Part shown: positions 33,796 to 45,235 of the stretch, piece by piece | Numbering within the stretch: position 1 is the first letter of the stretch | Layout: every line of letters starts with the position of its first letter | Assembly (NCBI GenBank): GCA_000004985.1 | Contig: GG738925.1 | Origin: Naegleria gruberi | Taxonomy: Eukaryota | Length of the DNA stretch: 64,000 nt | Reading direction: 5' to 3' (one strand) | Made by a program: the position numbers and the translations under genes | The notes under the pieces: model-generated | Told to the model about the DNA's origin: nothing | The model's database searches: none | Seen by the model: the letters and a program-made list of their open reading frames with translations, nothing else

Positions 33796-35523
33796 TTATT
33801 TTTTAAGGGCATCAGATGCTTTTTTGATTTTCAAGCCAGATGGTTTGGTGATTGTGGTAGTGGCTGGTTTCTTTTCTTCTTTGACTTCTTGCTTAACTTC
33901 TTGTTTAATTTCTTGCTTTGGTTCTTGTTTGACTTCTTCTTTGACTGGTTTGGATTCAGTCTTCTTGGAGTCATTCTTATTATTCTTCTTGGCCTTGATT
34001 TCCTTTCTCTTTTCATTCTTCTTGTTGTTATTCTTTGGCTTGTCCTTCTTATTGTTAGCCTTCTTTGGCTTGTCAGTCTTTGGTTTAGTTTCAGTTGATC
34101 CTTCTTCTTGAGCCTTCTTTTCCTTCTTGGCTTGTTGACGAGCTTCCTTTTGCTTTCTTCTTTCTTCATTGAAAGGATAGAAGCTTTCCTTTTCCTTTCC
34201 AATAAGATTACCAAAATCACTTCTGTCTCTTTGAGTTTCAAAGAAGGTATGGAAATAGACATTCTTGGCTTGAACAGCAGCAAAGTTAATAGATGGATAA
34301 GTCTTTTGAAGAGATTCAAGTAAGAACTTTTCAGATATACCAACTTTTTGAGCATGTTGATACTTCTTCTTCTTATTTTCTGGTTCAGAAGAGTCAGTGG
34401 TGGAGGATTCAACCTTATCATGCTTACGCTTCTTTTCTTCTTCTGACAATTTCATAACTTCCAAATCGTGTTCTTCATCTTCCAATTTTTCTTCTTCGTC
34501 GAGTTCGAATGGAATTGAAACTTCCTTTCTTGGAGGGGTACCGAGCTTTTCAGTTCTGACTGCAATTGGTTCATCGTGATGATCATCTTCATCATCAGAG
34601 TCAGAATCACTGGAATCTTCAAATGGAACTGATTTTGGAGCACTGATTGGTGTTCTCTTTCCTGAGACAGAGGCTGGAGAAGCCTTCTTTAAAGGTGTGA
34701 GTGGTTTGGTACTTGTGGTTTCAGATGCTTCAGTCATTTTGACATCTTCATCATCTTCGTCAGAATCAGAGTCACTTGAATCAGCATATGGAACCTTTTT
34801 AGGAGTAGAAATTGGAGTACGTTTAACCTTTGCTGGAACATCTTCATCATCGCTACTATCAGCCATATTTGTTGGGAGTGACAAATTGGATGGTTTAGCT
34901 GGAGTGGAAGCTTTCTTTGGAGTGGCAGTATTAGTAGCAACTGGTTCAGCAGCAATATCAACAACAACAGATGAAACAACTTCCTTTCTTGGTGGAGTGC
35001 CGAGTCTTTCAGTTCTGACTGCAATTGGTTCATCATGATGATCATCTTCATCATCAGAATCGGAATCACTAGAATCTGCGAATGGAATAGACTTTGGAGT
35101 ACTAATTGGTGTTCTCTTACCACTAACAGAAGAAGCAGAAGGAGAAGTCTTTTTCTTCAACTTTTCAGCAGTGCTTTCTGTTGTGGCTTTTTCTTCATCA
35201 GAAGAGTCGGATTCAGAATCGCTAGAATCAGCGAATGGAACCTTCTTTGGTGTACTGATAGGTGTTCTGAGTTTAGTGGCAGACTTTGGTGTTGGTTTGG
35301 CTACTGGTGATGATGCAACAACAGCAGATGAAGCCTTGAGTGGAGTCTTCTTTGGTGTGATTGGAACAGAATCTAAAACAACAGAATCTTCATCTTCCAT
35401 TTTGTGTGGTGTCTTCTTTGGTGTTGTTGCTGGAGCTAAAGCTTTTGATGGTGTTTTGGCTGGCGACTTCAAGTCTGCGTCAGTCTTCTTTGGAGTTTGG
35501 ATTTTCTTTGGTGTTGTGCTCAT
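33796..35523 (-). CDS. Lys/Ser/Thr/Pro-rich nucleolar-phosphoprotein-like protein with internal repeats (575 aa)
   Basis: Many (S/T)PKK motifs and acidic Ser clusters (SSDSESDSSDEE). Repeated unit RTPISTPK(K/S)(V/I)PFADSSDS(E/D)SD occurs three times, DDEDDHHDEPIAVRTE(R/K)LGTPPRKEV twice. C-terminal basic region with KK(E/Q) runs. Start assigned to the ATG in aaaaaaaATG context (35523). Overlapping + strand ORFs are mirror artefacts. Confidence 0.6.
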   Translation of the reverse strand: MSTTPKKIQTPKKTDADLKSPAKTPSKALAPATTPKKTPHKMEDEDSVVLDSVPITPKKTPLKASSAVVASSPVAKPTPKSATKLRTPISTPKKVPFADSSDSESDSSDEEKATTESTAEKLKKKTSPSASSVSGKRTPISTPKSIPFADSSDSDSDDEDDHHDEPIAVRTERLGTPPRKEVVSSVVVDIAAEPVATNTATPKKASTPAKPSNLSLPTNMADSSDDEDVPAKVKRTPISTPKKVPYADSSDSDSDEDDEDVKMTEASETTSTKPLTPLKKASPASVSGKRTPISAPKSVPFEDSSDSDSDDEDDHHDEPIAVRTEKLGTPPRKEVSIPFELDEEEKLEDEEHDLEVMKLSEEEKKRKHDKVESSTTDSSEPENKKKKYQHAQKVGISEKFLLESLQKTYPSINFAAVQAKNVYFHTFFETQRDRSDFGNLIGKEKESFYPFNEERRKQKEARQQAKKEKKAQEEGSTETKPKTDKPKKANNKKDKPKNNNKKNEKRKEIKAKKNNKNDSKKTESKPVKEEVKQEPKQEIKQEVKQEVKEEKKPATTTITKPSGLKIKKASDALKK

Positions 35524-36154
35524 TTTTTTTGAAAATAATTTTGTTCCACAAAAAAATGGCGCGTAGAATTTTATTAAAGGATTACGCTGGGATCTTTTTT
35601 TGTTTAACATCTAAAAATAAAAAATTTCCAGTCACTAGTAGAAAATCACAATTTTCACACATTGTAAGATTGTGAAATAGTTACTGAGTGATTTTTGATG
35701 AAAGTTGTAGGAAATGAAAATCAACATACAAAGTGACGTGAATATAGAGCTATAAATGAACGAAATAAAGTATAACATGTCGATGAGCCATTACAATGTT
35801 GTGAATTTAAAATGCAAGTTGAAAAAGTTCACATAAATTCTTGACTTTTTTTCGAATTGACCTTTTCATAGAATAACAATCAGCTATTGGAAACTTCACA
35901 ATAGAATATCAATCTACATGTGTTATAGTGTATACTGCAAAGTTTTAACATGTTTTGGTTTTGTCCTAGTTCAGCCGTTATTATTTCTATTTTTGTGAGA
36001 CTGTCCATATTAGGTGAAGATTCAAGATAACAGCTCAAATCAAACCTTCAATTGGTACACTTTATCACCAACCCAAAAACAATAATCTTTTCACACCAAA
36101 TCCACTAAAAACTACAAAAAATTACTAAAATTACAATTTTTTTACTCTACAGTT

Positions 36155-37245
36155 TTACTTCTTAATAACATTGGCAGCATCTTGATATCCTTGTTGAATC
36201 ATTTCAGCAGCATCTGTAAAACCTAAAAAGTATCCAGGCAACCATTTCGATGGCTTGAATACTCTAATAGTAGCACGATTACCAAATGCATTCTGAGCAT
36301 TCTCAATATCTTTTGTAAAGATATCATCCACAACTCCAAATAAAGTTCTCAATAAGATGAATGGTGTAGTTTGAACCTTATTGAAGATGTCATGACTTCC
36401 AAATTGTAAATCACCAATGGCCAAGATGACATCAACTTCAACACGAGAGGCATTAGTCTTTCTGAAACATTCGGCAATTGTATCTGAAACTGGTGTCATG
36501 TATTTGGCACCTCCATCCACATAGAGAGATTCCTTGCCATTCTTTGTGAGTGGAACTGCTTCGAATACTCCAGGAACTGCACTTGAAGCTCTAGTTGCCT
36601 CAATCAAATCATCTGTAAATTGATCAAATCTTTCGTATGAATTCGTCACAAGATTCGTAGCTCCCAAAAGTAAACTTCTGCCAGATTGTCTAATTTTTGT
36701 GACATTTACATTGGCAGTAAGGAAATTATGTAAAGGAGAGGTATTAAACAATCCACTCTTAATAAGAAATCCCTCAGCAATACCCAATGGCCAATCTTTG
36801 TAAACTTGAGATTTTTGTAAACTCAACCATTTGTTCAAGATGAATGCAACTGCAGCTTTTTCATCTCCAATCTTGTATTGAGAGAGTGCTACAGAGTTAA
36901 TGGCTCCTGCACTGATTCCTCCAATGACTTGATATTGAACTTGTTCTGGATTTATATTTTCAACTGGTGATATTGATTATTAGATTTCGGATATTGCATT
37001 GGAAACCTACCCAAATACTTTAAAACACCAGCTTCATAAGCTCCACGATCGCCTCCTCCACCAAGAGCCAAAGCTCTACAAACCGATGATCCACCATTAG
37101 ATGATGAAGAAACTCCACGAATAATAGACGAAACTCTTGCACTACAATAACTGTTGATCAACAACAAACAAACTAACAAGACAACAACAGCAACCGACAC
37201 TGCACGTTTCATTCTTGCTACTGGCAAAGATTCGCCTCTTGACAT
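36155..37245 (-). CDS. Patatin-like phospholipase with signal peptide, 2 exons (37011..37245, 36155..36945; 341 aa)
   Basis: Exon 1 has a signal peptide and the oxyanion motif ALALGGGGDRGAYEAGVLKYL. A 65-nt GTAGGT..TCCAG intron joins in phase to exon 2, which carries the GxSxG lipase motif VIGGISAGAINS and the catalytic DGG motif LYVDGGAKYMTP. Confidence 0.8.
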
Positions 37246-37497
37246 GTTGTAGATTCTTTTTTTGTGATGTGAGATAGATATGCATCGGTTAGTTGCACTC
37301 TATTCTTTGATCTTTCAAGGTGTGATGAGGAACTCCTGATTGTAACGAGCATTGGAATGGATTTTACAAAGACGAGTGGCCAAACGGAAAATATGGATCC
37401 TATTGTGTGTTGATGTGTGTTTGGAAGGATTGTTCTTATTAAGATTATTTATTTTACTAAAAAACAATAATTTATTTAATTTTCAATATTTTAGCAA

Positions 37498-38902
37498 AAT
37501 GGAATTATTATTATTTAAAAAAATGATTAAAAGACTTTGCAAGGGAGGAGCTTTTTCATCATCAGCATGGAAAGTAAGCCAATTCAATCATCAGCACTGC
37601 TCTTCAATAATTACTCCGAATTTATATAAAAATCAAAGCCTTTGCAAAATTCCGACTTTTCATAATTCATATAATAATTTAATAATTAATTCCAGCAATA
37701 ATAATAATATTAAAAGAGAATTTAGAACGAGTCAATGTACTAATTATCGATTATTTATTCAGCAATGGATCGATTTGTTGGAACCTCTCCATGTAAAGAA
37801 TAAAGTAGAAATGTGGAAGGCTGAACAATATTCGGAACAATTGTTGAATTCAATTATTGAAGAGAGAAAGTTGTTGGCCATTACTCATGAATCTATGAAT
37901 GCAAAGGATATGCTTTTTAAGGTTTTAAAGAATCGATTGGGGAATATGGATGATGACAGAGATTTTGATGAAAAGTTTTATCCATGCGATGATGATTTTA
38001 GAGTTTTGGTAAATAAGTATCATTATGTCATGTTGAAGGATGAAAGGTTTTTTGAGATTTTGAGTGAGAATTACAAGTATTTAATTCCTGAAATGTTGTA
38101 CTTGATTGAGTTTGGAGAGAAACATGATATTGATATTCCACTCAAGGTTAGACAGACATTTGGATTGGATTTTTATAGAACACAAATGAAATTGGATCAA
38201 CTGGACCCAGATCACAAATACTTGACAACCCTTCTCGTTGCTTTTTATATTCATTTGGGTAAGTGCAATAATCCAGATGTTTTGAGGGAGGAATTCTATT
38301 GGATGCTTGATTTATTTGAAAGTGACGAAAGCAACTTGCTCTTGGATTCCATTAGAATCTATCCAGGCAACACTCCATTCTTTTTAAGATCCCTTGTCTT
38401 TGAGGATACTTCTAAAATTATTGAACGAGTTTTGGATGGCAATATCAATCCAATGCTCATCATGTGGGGCCTCTTCATGGCAAAATTGGGAGAAGCCAAG
38501 GATATTCTCGATCCTCAAGACTATGATGATTTGAATAGAAAGAGCTCACAAATTCTCAGATTCCAAGATCCATCCACAGGTAACAATATTCTCCACGAAA
38601 TTATTCGATCCAACAATTCAATTGTTAACAAGATTGCTTCCATACTTCTCATAATTGGGCACGAACAAAACTTTCAAGATACTGACGATGTAATTCTCTT
38701 TGAAATGAAGAACAATGATGGGAAATCTGCTTTTCAATTGAGCACTTTGGCATTGCGTGCTACCTTTACATTAGTCGTGAGTGATTATCTTCTCATTGGT
38801 TTGATGATTTTGTGTGCTCCACTCCTTCTCCTTCTCATACCATGCTTGCTATTTGTTAGAGTATTCGCAAGATTGCTCTTCAAGACTGCCACTTTAAGAT
38901 AA
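37498..38902 (+). CDS. Hypothetical protein with C-terminal transmembrane anchor, ~468 aa
   Basis: Long ORF. Start placed at the ATG after a ttagcaaaATG context. The tool ORF opens at 37352 in AT-rich, promoter-like sequence. C-terminal hydrophobic segment LLIGLMILCAPLLLLLIPCLLFV. No catalytic motif recognised. Confidence 0.45.
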
Positions 38903-39327
38903 ATACTGAACCATTCTCCCACTGCCTAATATTGATCTCTTTCTCAATCTTTAAAATGACGCTAATAACTGTTATTGATTGAGAATACTTGTAGTTTACA
39001 ATACGGACTTTTTACATGAATAGATACCTTAATTCTCATACCATACTCACCTTAGTGTAATCTTTCTTCAAACTCCCATTTTTAGATACCTACAAACCAT
39101 TCTTTCACACTACATAATTCTAATCCATCCTCAAACAATTTTTCACATCATACTTTACGAATGCAACAGTATCTATTTATTCTATTATCCCTTCATCATC
39201 GCGTCTTTTCAACAGGTCCTCCCTTCATATTTACAAATTACTTTCATCTTCTGCCAACAAGAATCCTTTCCATATTGGCAAGATACAAAATTTCACATCG
39301 ACACTCATCAACTACTGATCAAAAAAA

Positions 39328-40272
39328 ATGTGCACACTAACTTGTATTGCCATCTCGCTCATCATTGCTGCTACTATTTACTACTTGAGATTTGTACGTA
39401 CCAAGCCAAAGCTCGATATTCCATCTCGTGATCGTGTGGTGGTTGTGTCAGGAGCTGCCGGAGGTTTTGGAACTGCAATTTGCAGGGATTTGCTCTCTCG
39501 ATTCAATGCACGTGTGATTGGATTGGATATTTCAAAGGAAGTGATGGAAAAGGTTTATAGTGAAGAATTGAAACAATATGGAAGTGAAAGATTGTCATTT
39601 ATCGAATGCAATATTTGCAAATTGGAAGAGTGTGAAAAAGCTAGTGAAAGAATTGCACAAATTTTGAAGGAATGGAAAACTGATAGAGTTTTTGCATTGG
39701 TCAATAATGCAGGTGTTTCAAATTCTCCAAAATGTACTGAAAGAATGGGTATTGTTGAATATCCAGAGGATGAATTGTTGGATGTTTTTGGATCAAATCT
39801 ATTTGGTCACGTGAGAATGACTCGTTTGTTGTATCCACTCATGAAGGACGGTCAAGATGGCCATAATGGTGCCATTATCAACGTTGCTTCAGTTGCTGGT
39901 TTGTTAGCTTTGGGTTTCTTTGGTTTTTACACAAGTTCCAAATTTGCCATGGTTGGCTTTACCGATTCATTGAGAAGAGAAATGAAATCTCTTGGAAAGA
40001 AGGGATTGAGAGTTACTTGTATTGAGCCAGGATTTTCCAAGACTGCCATTTTGAATCTGAAACCTCAAGCAGATACTGAATTTGGAAGAATTGGTGTTAT
40101 TAGGGAAAAGAAATCTGCTGCCATTCTCAGAAATGCTCAACCACCAAAGGTTATTGGCGATGCTATTTGTGAACAAATCTTCTCAAGCAATAATCTTCCA
40201 CATTTAATAATTGATTATTGGTACATGAGATTGGTCTACTTGTTCTTGTATTATACTGGACTTGATTTGTAA
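39328..40272 (+). CDS. Short-chain dehydrogenase/reductase (SDR) with N-terminal membrane anchor, 314 aa
   Basis: TM helix at the N-terminus. Cofactor motif VVVVSGAAGGFGTAICRDL (TGxxxGxG), NNAG motif (LVNNAGV), and catalytic YTSSKFAMVGF (YxxxK). Confidence 0.85.
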   Translation: MCTLTCIAISLIIAATIYYLRFVRTKPKLDIPSRDRVVVVSGAAGGFGTAICRDLLSRFNARVIGLDISKEVMEKVYSEELKQYGSERLSFIECNICKLEECEKASERIAQILKEWKTDRVFALVNNAGVSNSPKCTERMGIVEYPEDELLDVFGSNLFGHVRMTRLLYPLMKDGQDGHNGAIINVASVAGLLALGFFGFYTSSKFAMVGFTDSLRREMKSLGKKGLRVTCIEPGFSKTAILNLKPQADTEFGRIGVIREKKSAAILRNAQPPKVIGDAICEQIFSSNNLPHLIIDYWYMRLVYLFLYYTGLDL

Positions 40273-40315
40273 ATTTTAATTTAAAAACTAATTTATTGAA
40301 ACAATTTTATTGGAA

Positions 40316-42541
40316 TTATCTAATGTAACAATATTTGTACCAATATCTTTCGAATATTTCAAATGTTTCTGGAAGAGATTCTTTGAACCATTGATAGAAT
40401 ATAGGATTGTGTCTACTCAATACAACAACCTTTGATTTGATGCGAGGTTCGATATCAGTAGGAATCTTTTCCTTAGATGTCAAATATTCGAAATGAGTGG
40501 CATCTGCTGTATAATCAAACAATATTCTCAAATTGCAAACATCTTGATTTGGATTAGAATTCAGCATTGAGGTCAAGAACTTTCTATCCTCTTCGCATTT
40601 AGGTTGAATTCGTTTCAGGTCTTTAGTCATGAATCCATTCGAAATACTAGTGCTTTGTAAATTCATGAGAAATTGCTCAGGATGAATTGCACTATTAATC
40701 ATCTTGGCTCCACATGTTATTATAAGTGGTTTCTGATCCGATTTAATTGGTTGTCCCAATAATAATCCATCCCACCTCAAATTAATATCCAAACTTGTTC
40801 CATAAAATGAGCTAATATCAATATCTGTAAATTTGTAATCATATTTGTGAGATCCAATTAATACTTTCCAAATATCCTCACTTTGAATAAGCATTAAATT
40901 AGGGTTGAGTGTAAAATTGCAAAGAAATGATTCTTCACTATTTGATGATTTGAAAAGCACATGATCTGTGAGTGGTTTTCCATTCAATTCTCTTGAAATC
41001 TTAGCCATTACCAATCCACAAACTATTTCAATAGCAAATCCTCTTTCATTTGTATCAGATCTTTTCAAGACTTTCTTAAGCCAACTATTGGAAACTCGAA
41101 TGAGATCCTCCAAATTTAGTGCCTTGTTAACTGAGTACATTAGTAGCGGCTCAGGTATCTTGTAATACTGTGAAGAATCTGATAATGAAGGCACTGTAAA
41201 AGCCAGCTCATTATTAGTAATAAAATTGAGAAGAGACAGGTGATTCACTCCTCTTGTTACCAGTCCCAATTGATGATTCAACTCGTCTACGTTGATAAAT
41301 CCCCTTAGTGAAAGATTTTGCATCACATCATTTTTCAAAGATGCCACATCCATATCTTTCGTATTCATATCGTTGAGACATTTCTTATACATTGAATAAT
41401 GTGACTGTATAACATTCTCCAGAGATGATGTAAGCATTCTAGTTGACCACTCTTCAAGTGAAGTTTGTGATGAATCAAATGGAGGACAAGCTATAATACT
41501 TTCCAACCATTCAAATAATATTCCTCTTCTTCCCTTTGCCAAACTGGCTAAAATTTGCACATACGAATCAGGTAAAACCTTTTTCACATTCAACAGCTTA
41601 TCAATAAAATTGTAAACCTCACTGGAACCAACCACTCCATATCCTGAGATAATTTGATAATCTCTCTTCAATTCTCCAGTCAGGTGTCTAATTGAGCTTT
41701 GTGAAATATTACTACCAGATATAATAGCACTATTGTGAGGATAGGAGAGAAGACTATTGAAAACCTTTCCAATCAAAGTGGAAGGATCCAGCTTACTCTT
41801 GGTTTTACCATCATTTAGAGTTCCAATCACTCCCATATCATCAATGCCGAAAATCAAAGGTTTTTGACCAATTTTTTCACGAATAGTCCTTTGTAAATAT
41901 TTGAATAATTTGTAAGATTCAAAATGCACATTGGCTGTCTCGTATTCCAGTAATTGTTTGAAGACACTATTGAAATGTTCTCTTCCAATTGCACTATTTA
42001 CATAAATCCACCAATTAAAAGGAGTAAAATTATTTGGATTGTTTTTCAAAAGGGTTTGCATTAGGATGAGTTGAGAATTATAAATCATGAACAAGAGTTC
42101 AGTTGAATTGTGCCGACTCTGTTTCTTACCATGTGTCGACTCTACCTCTAAGAAACTCGCTAATAAGGTTAGAATGGCATCACTTGCCAGACCCAGCTCA
42201 ATATTCAACAAAAATGCCGTATTAGTACAAGCAATGTGTGAAATGGAGAAGGATTTTCCACTTCCATGGGGCGAATTGAGTATGTACATGGCTCCTTTTC
42301 TATCACTTTCCTTAATCTTGGTTTGTAAATATTGATGAATGTTTAGAATTTCATTCTCAGAGTTTCGTTCCTGAAAAGATTCAATCAATAGTGGATAGAA
42401 CCTCCAATCTAATCCAGAACTCGTGAATGGCCAAGGATTTTTAAACAAACCTCCCAACTGTTGTTTCAATTTCTCGTCTTTCAAAATTTCACACAATCAG
42501 AACTATTTTCAAAACAACTTACTCTCACTCTTAAAAGCCAT
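40316..42541 (-). CDS. Putative P-loop NTPase-like protein, 2 exons (~42523..42541 and 40316..42477; ~732 aa)
   Basis: A 19-nt first exon ATGGCTTTTAAGAGTGAGA is followed by a 45-nt GTAAGT..TTTTGAAAG intron that joins in phase to the long ORF. Walker-A-like NSPHGSGKSF and hhhhDD Walker-B-like LIFGIDDMG. The large C-terminal region has no recognised motif. Confidence 0.5.
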
Positions 42542-42599
42542 TTCCTCAATTGATTTCAATTCTGAGAATTTCTTTACAATATCCACACCACTCGTTACT

Positions 42600-43085
42600 C
42601 TATGTATCACATAATCCATCTTGAATTTCATTAAATATTTCAAAATCCAGCATAATTTTAATACTCACTGATTGTTCCAATTCTTCAAAGTCAACCAGAG
42701 AAATCTCAATAAGAGATTCTTCAGGTTCTCTCAAATATTCCTCAACCCACGTTACAATTTCTCTACAATATTCCTCATCCAGCAAGAATTTCTCATTCCT
42801 TCTCAATCTCTGAGTCAATTCAGAACAAGCAAACTTCATTCCTCCATTCTCAATATTATTCCTTATCCACAGCAAATCATCTCCACAAAATCCTTCATCA
42901 AAGAGTGGTTTCACATGATAGGACCACAATCCAACTCCTCCCTCCTTGAATAATATTAATTCCGATTCATCTTCTTCATCTAGGTTGCAGCTGGTATTCA
43001 ACTGTGTTGTTTCTTCTTCATTGCTTTGATTTGTTTTTATATTGGATTTAATTATTCTTCTTCTAGTGCAGAGAACAGAGGCCAC
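42600..43085 (-). CDS. ORF of unknown function; the frame stays open ~250 nt upstream with no ATG; probably an internal or terminal exon of a gene with unresolved 5' exons
   Basis: The acidic 161-codon ORF ends in TAG. Upstream in frame the sequence NTNRLSSFISKSNLNIKNIKKASCCQYYHQSKKQQHSDEESIDILSFTEFEQWNAQQ has no Met before a stop. Confidence 0.3.
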   Translation of the reverse strand: MASVLCTRRRIIKSNIKTNQSNEEETTQLNTSCNLDEEDESELILFKEGGVGLWSYHVKPLFDEGFCGDDLLWIRNNIENGGMKFACSELTQRLRRNEKFLLDEEYCREIVTWVEEYLREPEESLIEISLVDFEELEQSVSIKIMLDFEIFNEIQDGLCDT

Positions 43086-43541
43086 TTGCTGAGCATTCCA
43101 CTGCTCAAATTCTGTGAAGGAGAGAATATCGATTGACTCTTCATCCGAATGTTGTTGCTTTTTACTCTGATGATAATATTGACAACAGCTGGCCTTCTTA
43201 ATATTCTTAAATATTTAAATTGCTCTTGCTGATGAATGATGATAATCTATTTGTATTATAATTATTTATTATTATATTATGAAATATAACAACAGATCGT
43301 GATAAATGATATCGCTGATGATTTTGTAGCACTGCACCAGTACATTGATAATATCCTTTCCAATTCATCATCATTAATTTTTTCTAATAATTCTTCATCA
43401 TCTTGATCACTAATTGAAATTCCGTTAGGCTTTGATGAAGCTGTGGTGGCTAGTTGGATATCAAACTCTTTCTAATTGAATTAGCAAATGATCATTTGTT
43501 CTTTTCTAATCATATGATTGCCAATATCTATTAAAAACAAT

Positions 43542-44348
43542 TTAATCACTTTCATCAGAGCTTGAATCAGAGTCATCGGATGTATCATCTGATGAAGTAT
43601 CACTATCACTCGAATCAGAATCATCACTGGCACTTGAATCATCTAGAGCTGCTTTAGCATCAATCTCTCCTGGTTTTTGTCCTAAACCCATTGGACGCGG
43701 AGGTAAATGTTGTGTTGTGGCCATGGACATCATGGAAATTGGTTGTTGTTGTTGTTGTTGAGACATAACAATTGGAGGAAGAATAGTTTCTTCCTTTCTC
43801 TTCTTTGAAATTGGTCCATCAATATCCAAATTATTAGGAGGTGGTGTAACTTTCTTTGGTGGAGTCGTTTGTTTTGGTTGACCTAACAATTGAACTGACC
43901 GATTCGATGGCACAATAGTTTCTGTAATTCCAGCTGTTTTGAGCTTTCCAGTGGAAGAACTGTGAGCAAGTGAAGGAGGTGGATTACTCGTGTCCACAAG
44001 ATTTGTAAAACCTGTTGTTGCCTTCAACTTTTCCAATCTAAATGTCCCACTATATCTATCATAAATTAATACACATTCATGTACATTGGATTTGTTATTT
44101 GGTACGTAGGATCCCTTGAAAACAAACTTGGAGTTTGCTGTCAGTGTTGCTGGAGAGGCTGATGTGTAACTGTCGACAACACTCGAGTCAATATCAAAGC
44201 TTCCTTCCCAATTGTTTTCCTTTAATGTTTTTGGTTTGAAATTAAAGAAGAGTGAGTGATATTCAGTATTAGAGGATGATGTATTGTTATTGGAAATTGT
44301 TTCTCCAACTTCAATTTTGTATTCAGTGTCCTTTTGTAAATTATCCAT
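43542..44348 (-). CDS. EAF (ELL-associated factor) family protein, 268 aa
   Basis: N-terminal YKIEVGE..FNFKPKT..FVFKGSYVPNNKSNVHECVLIYDRYSGTFRLEKL parallels the EAF1/2 N-terminal domain (..FKP..FKGN..DCVLIINHDTGEYVLEKL). The C-terminus is a Ser/Asp-rich acidic tail (SDDSDSSDSDTSSDD), as in EAF proteins. Confidence 0.65.
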   Translation of the reverse strand: MDNLQKDTEYKIEVGETISNNNTSSSNTEYHSLFFNFKPKTLKENNWEGSFDIDSSVVDSYTSASPATLTANSKFVFKGSYVPNNKSNVHECVLIYDRYSGTFRLEKLKATTGFTNLVDTSNPPPSLAHSSSTGKLKTAGITETIVPSNRSVQLLGQPKQTTPPKKVTPPPNNLDIDGPISKKRKEETILPPIVMSQQQQQQPISMMSMATTQHLPPRPMGLGQKPGEIDAKAALDDSSASDDSDSSDSDTSSDDTSDDSDSSSDESD

Positions 44349-45235
44349 CTAGATGATCGCCAAATTAATTTGCTCTTCTTTTTCAATTTGTATTAAATAT
44401 TACAATAAGTATCTTCTCTTTGTCAATAATTATCAAATTATATCAAATTATAATAAAAAAATGATGATCACGAGATGATCTGTGATGGTTGACGATCTAT
44501 TTTTTTGATTTTGAAAAATTTAAAAATAAGAAAAATATTTGAAAATAGCCAAAGTTTTGAAGGAAAAACAACATGAAAGTAATCAGAGGTTTGACAAATC
44601 GAATGTAAAATGTAATTGCCAATAACAACCAATGACTCTACTTCCTATTGTGATATCTAACCAATAGGTGGATTCTCGAGTCATTAATTTCAGTTATTTT
44701 CCAGTAATTTAACTCAACGACCAAGAAACGAAATTTTCTCAATTCTTCACTTGACGATTCCTGATCGAGAATGCATCAAATAGTTACTGATTTTGCAATT
44801 TGAAAACTTCAAGCTTATTAGACGTCATCCTTCTCTATGTGTGATTGGTATCAAATGATGAGCTGAAAACTATTCGAAAGGTTCTTAATCTCGCAATGTG
44901 GAAAGAAATTATAGAAAATCGGTAGCGAAAGAACAAAAACAGCAACCTCAATACGAATGCCCTATCAAGTTGAAACAGTTGACATTTGTTGACAGTACAC
45001 AAGCGACTTGTTATTGAAAATAAGCTTGTCACAATTAAATTCATCAATTTGACATTTCATAAAAAATTGTGTCAATATTAAAGTGTTTAGACTATTAACT
45101 TTCATCCATTTCAGTATTGCTAATTTTACCACAACACAATTTTCCACTAGGTTTAATTTTACTTTCGTCTATTTTCGAGACGAATCAATCAGCTTCAAAC
45201 TTTAAAAACTAATCCATCATCTCATCGTCATCATC

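Noticed and set aside
33824-35566. Several + strand ORFs (69-131 aa) overlapping the S/TPKK repeat gene
   Set aside because: Antisense of the S/T/P/K-rich repeats (products rich in F/L/S/G). The minus-strand frame has the start context and repeat structure.
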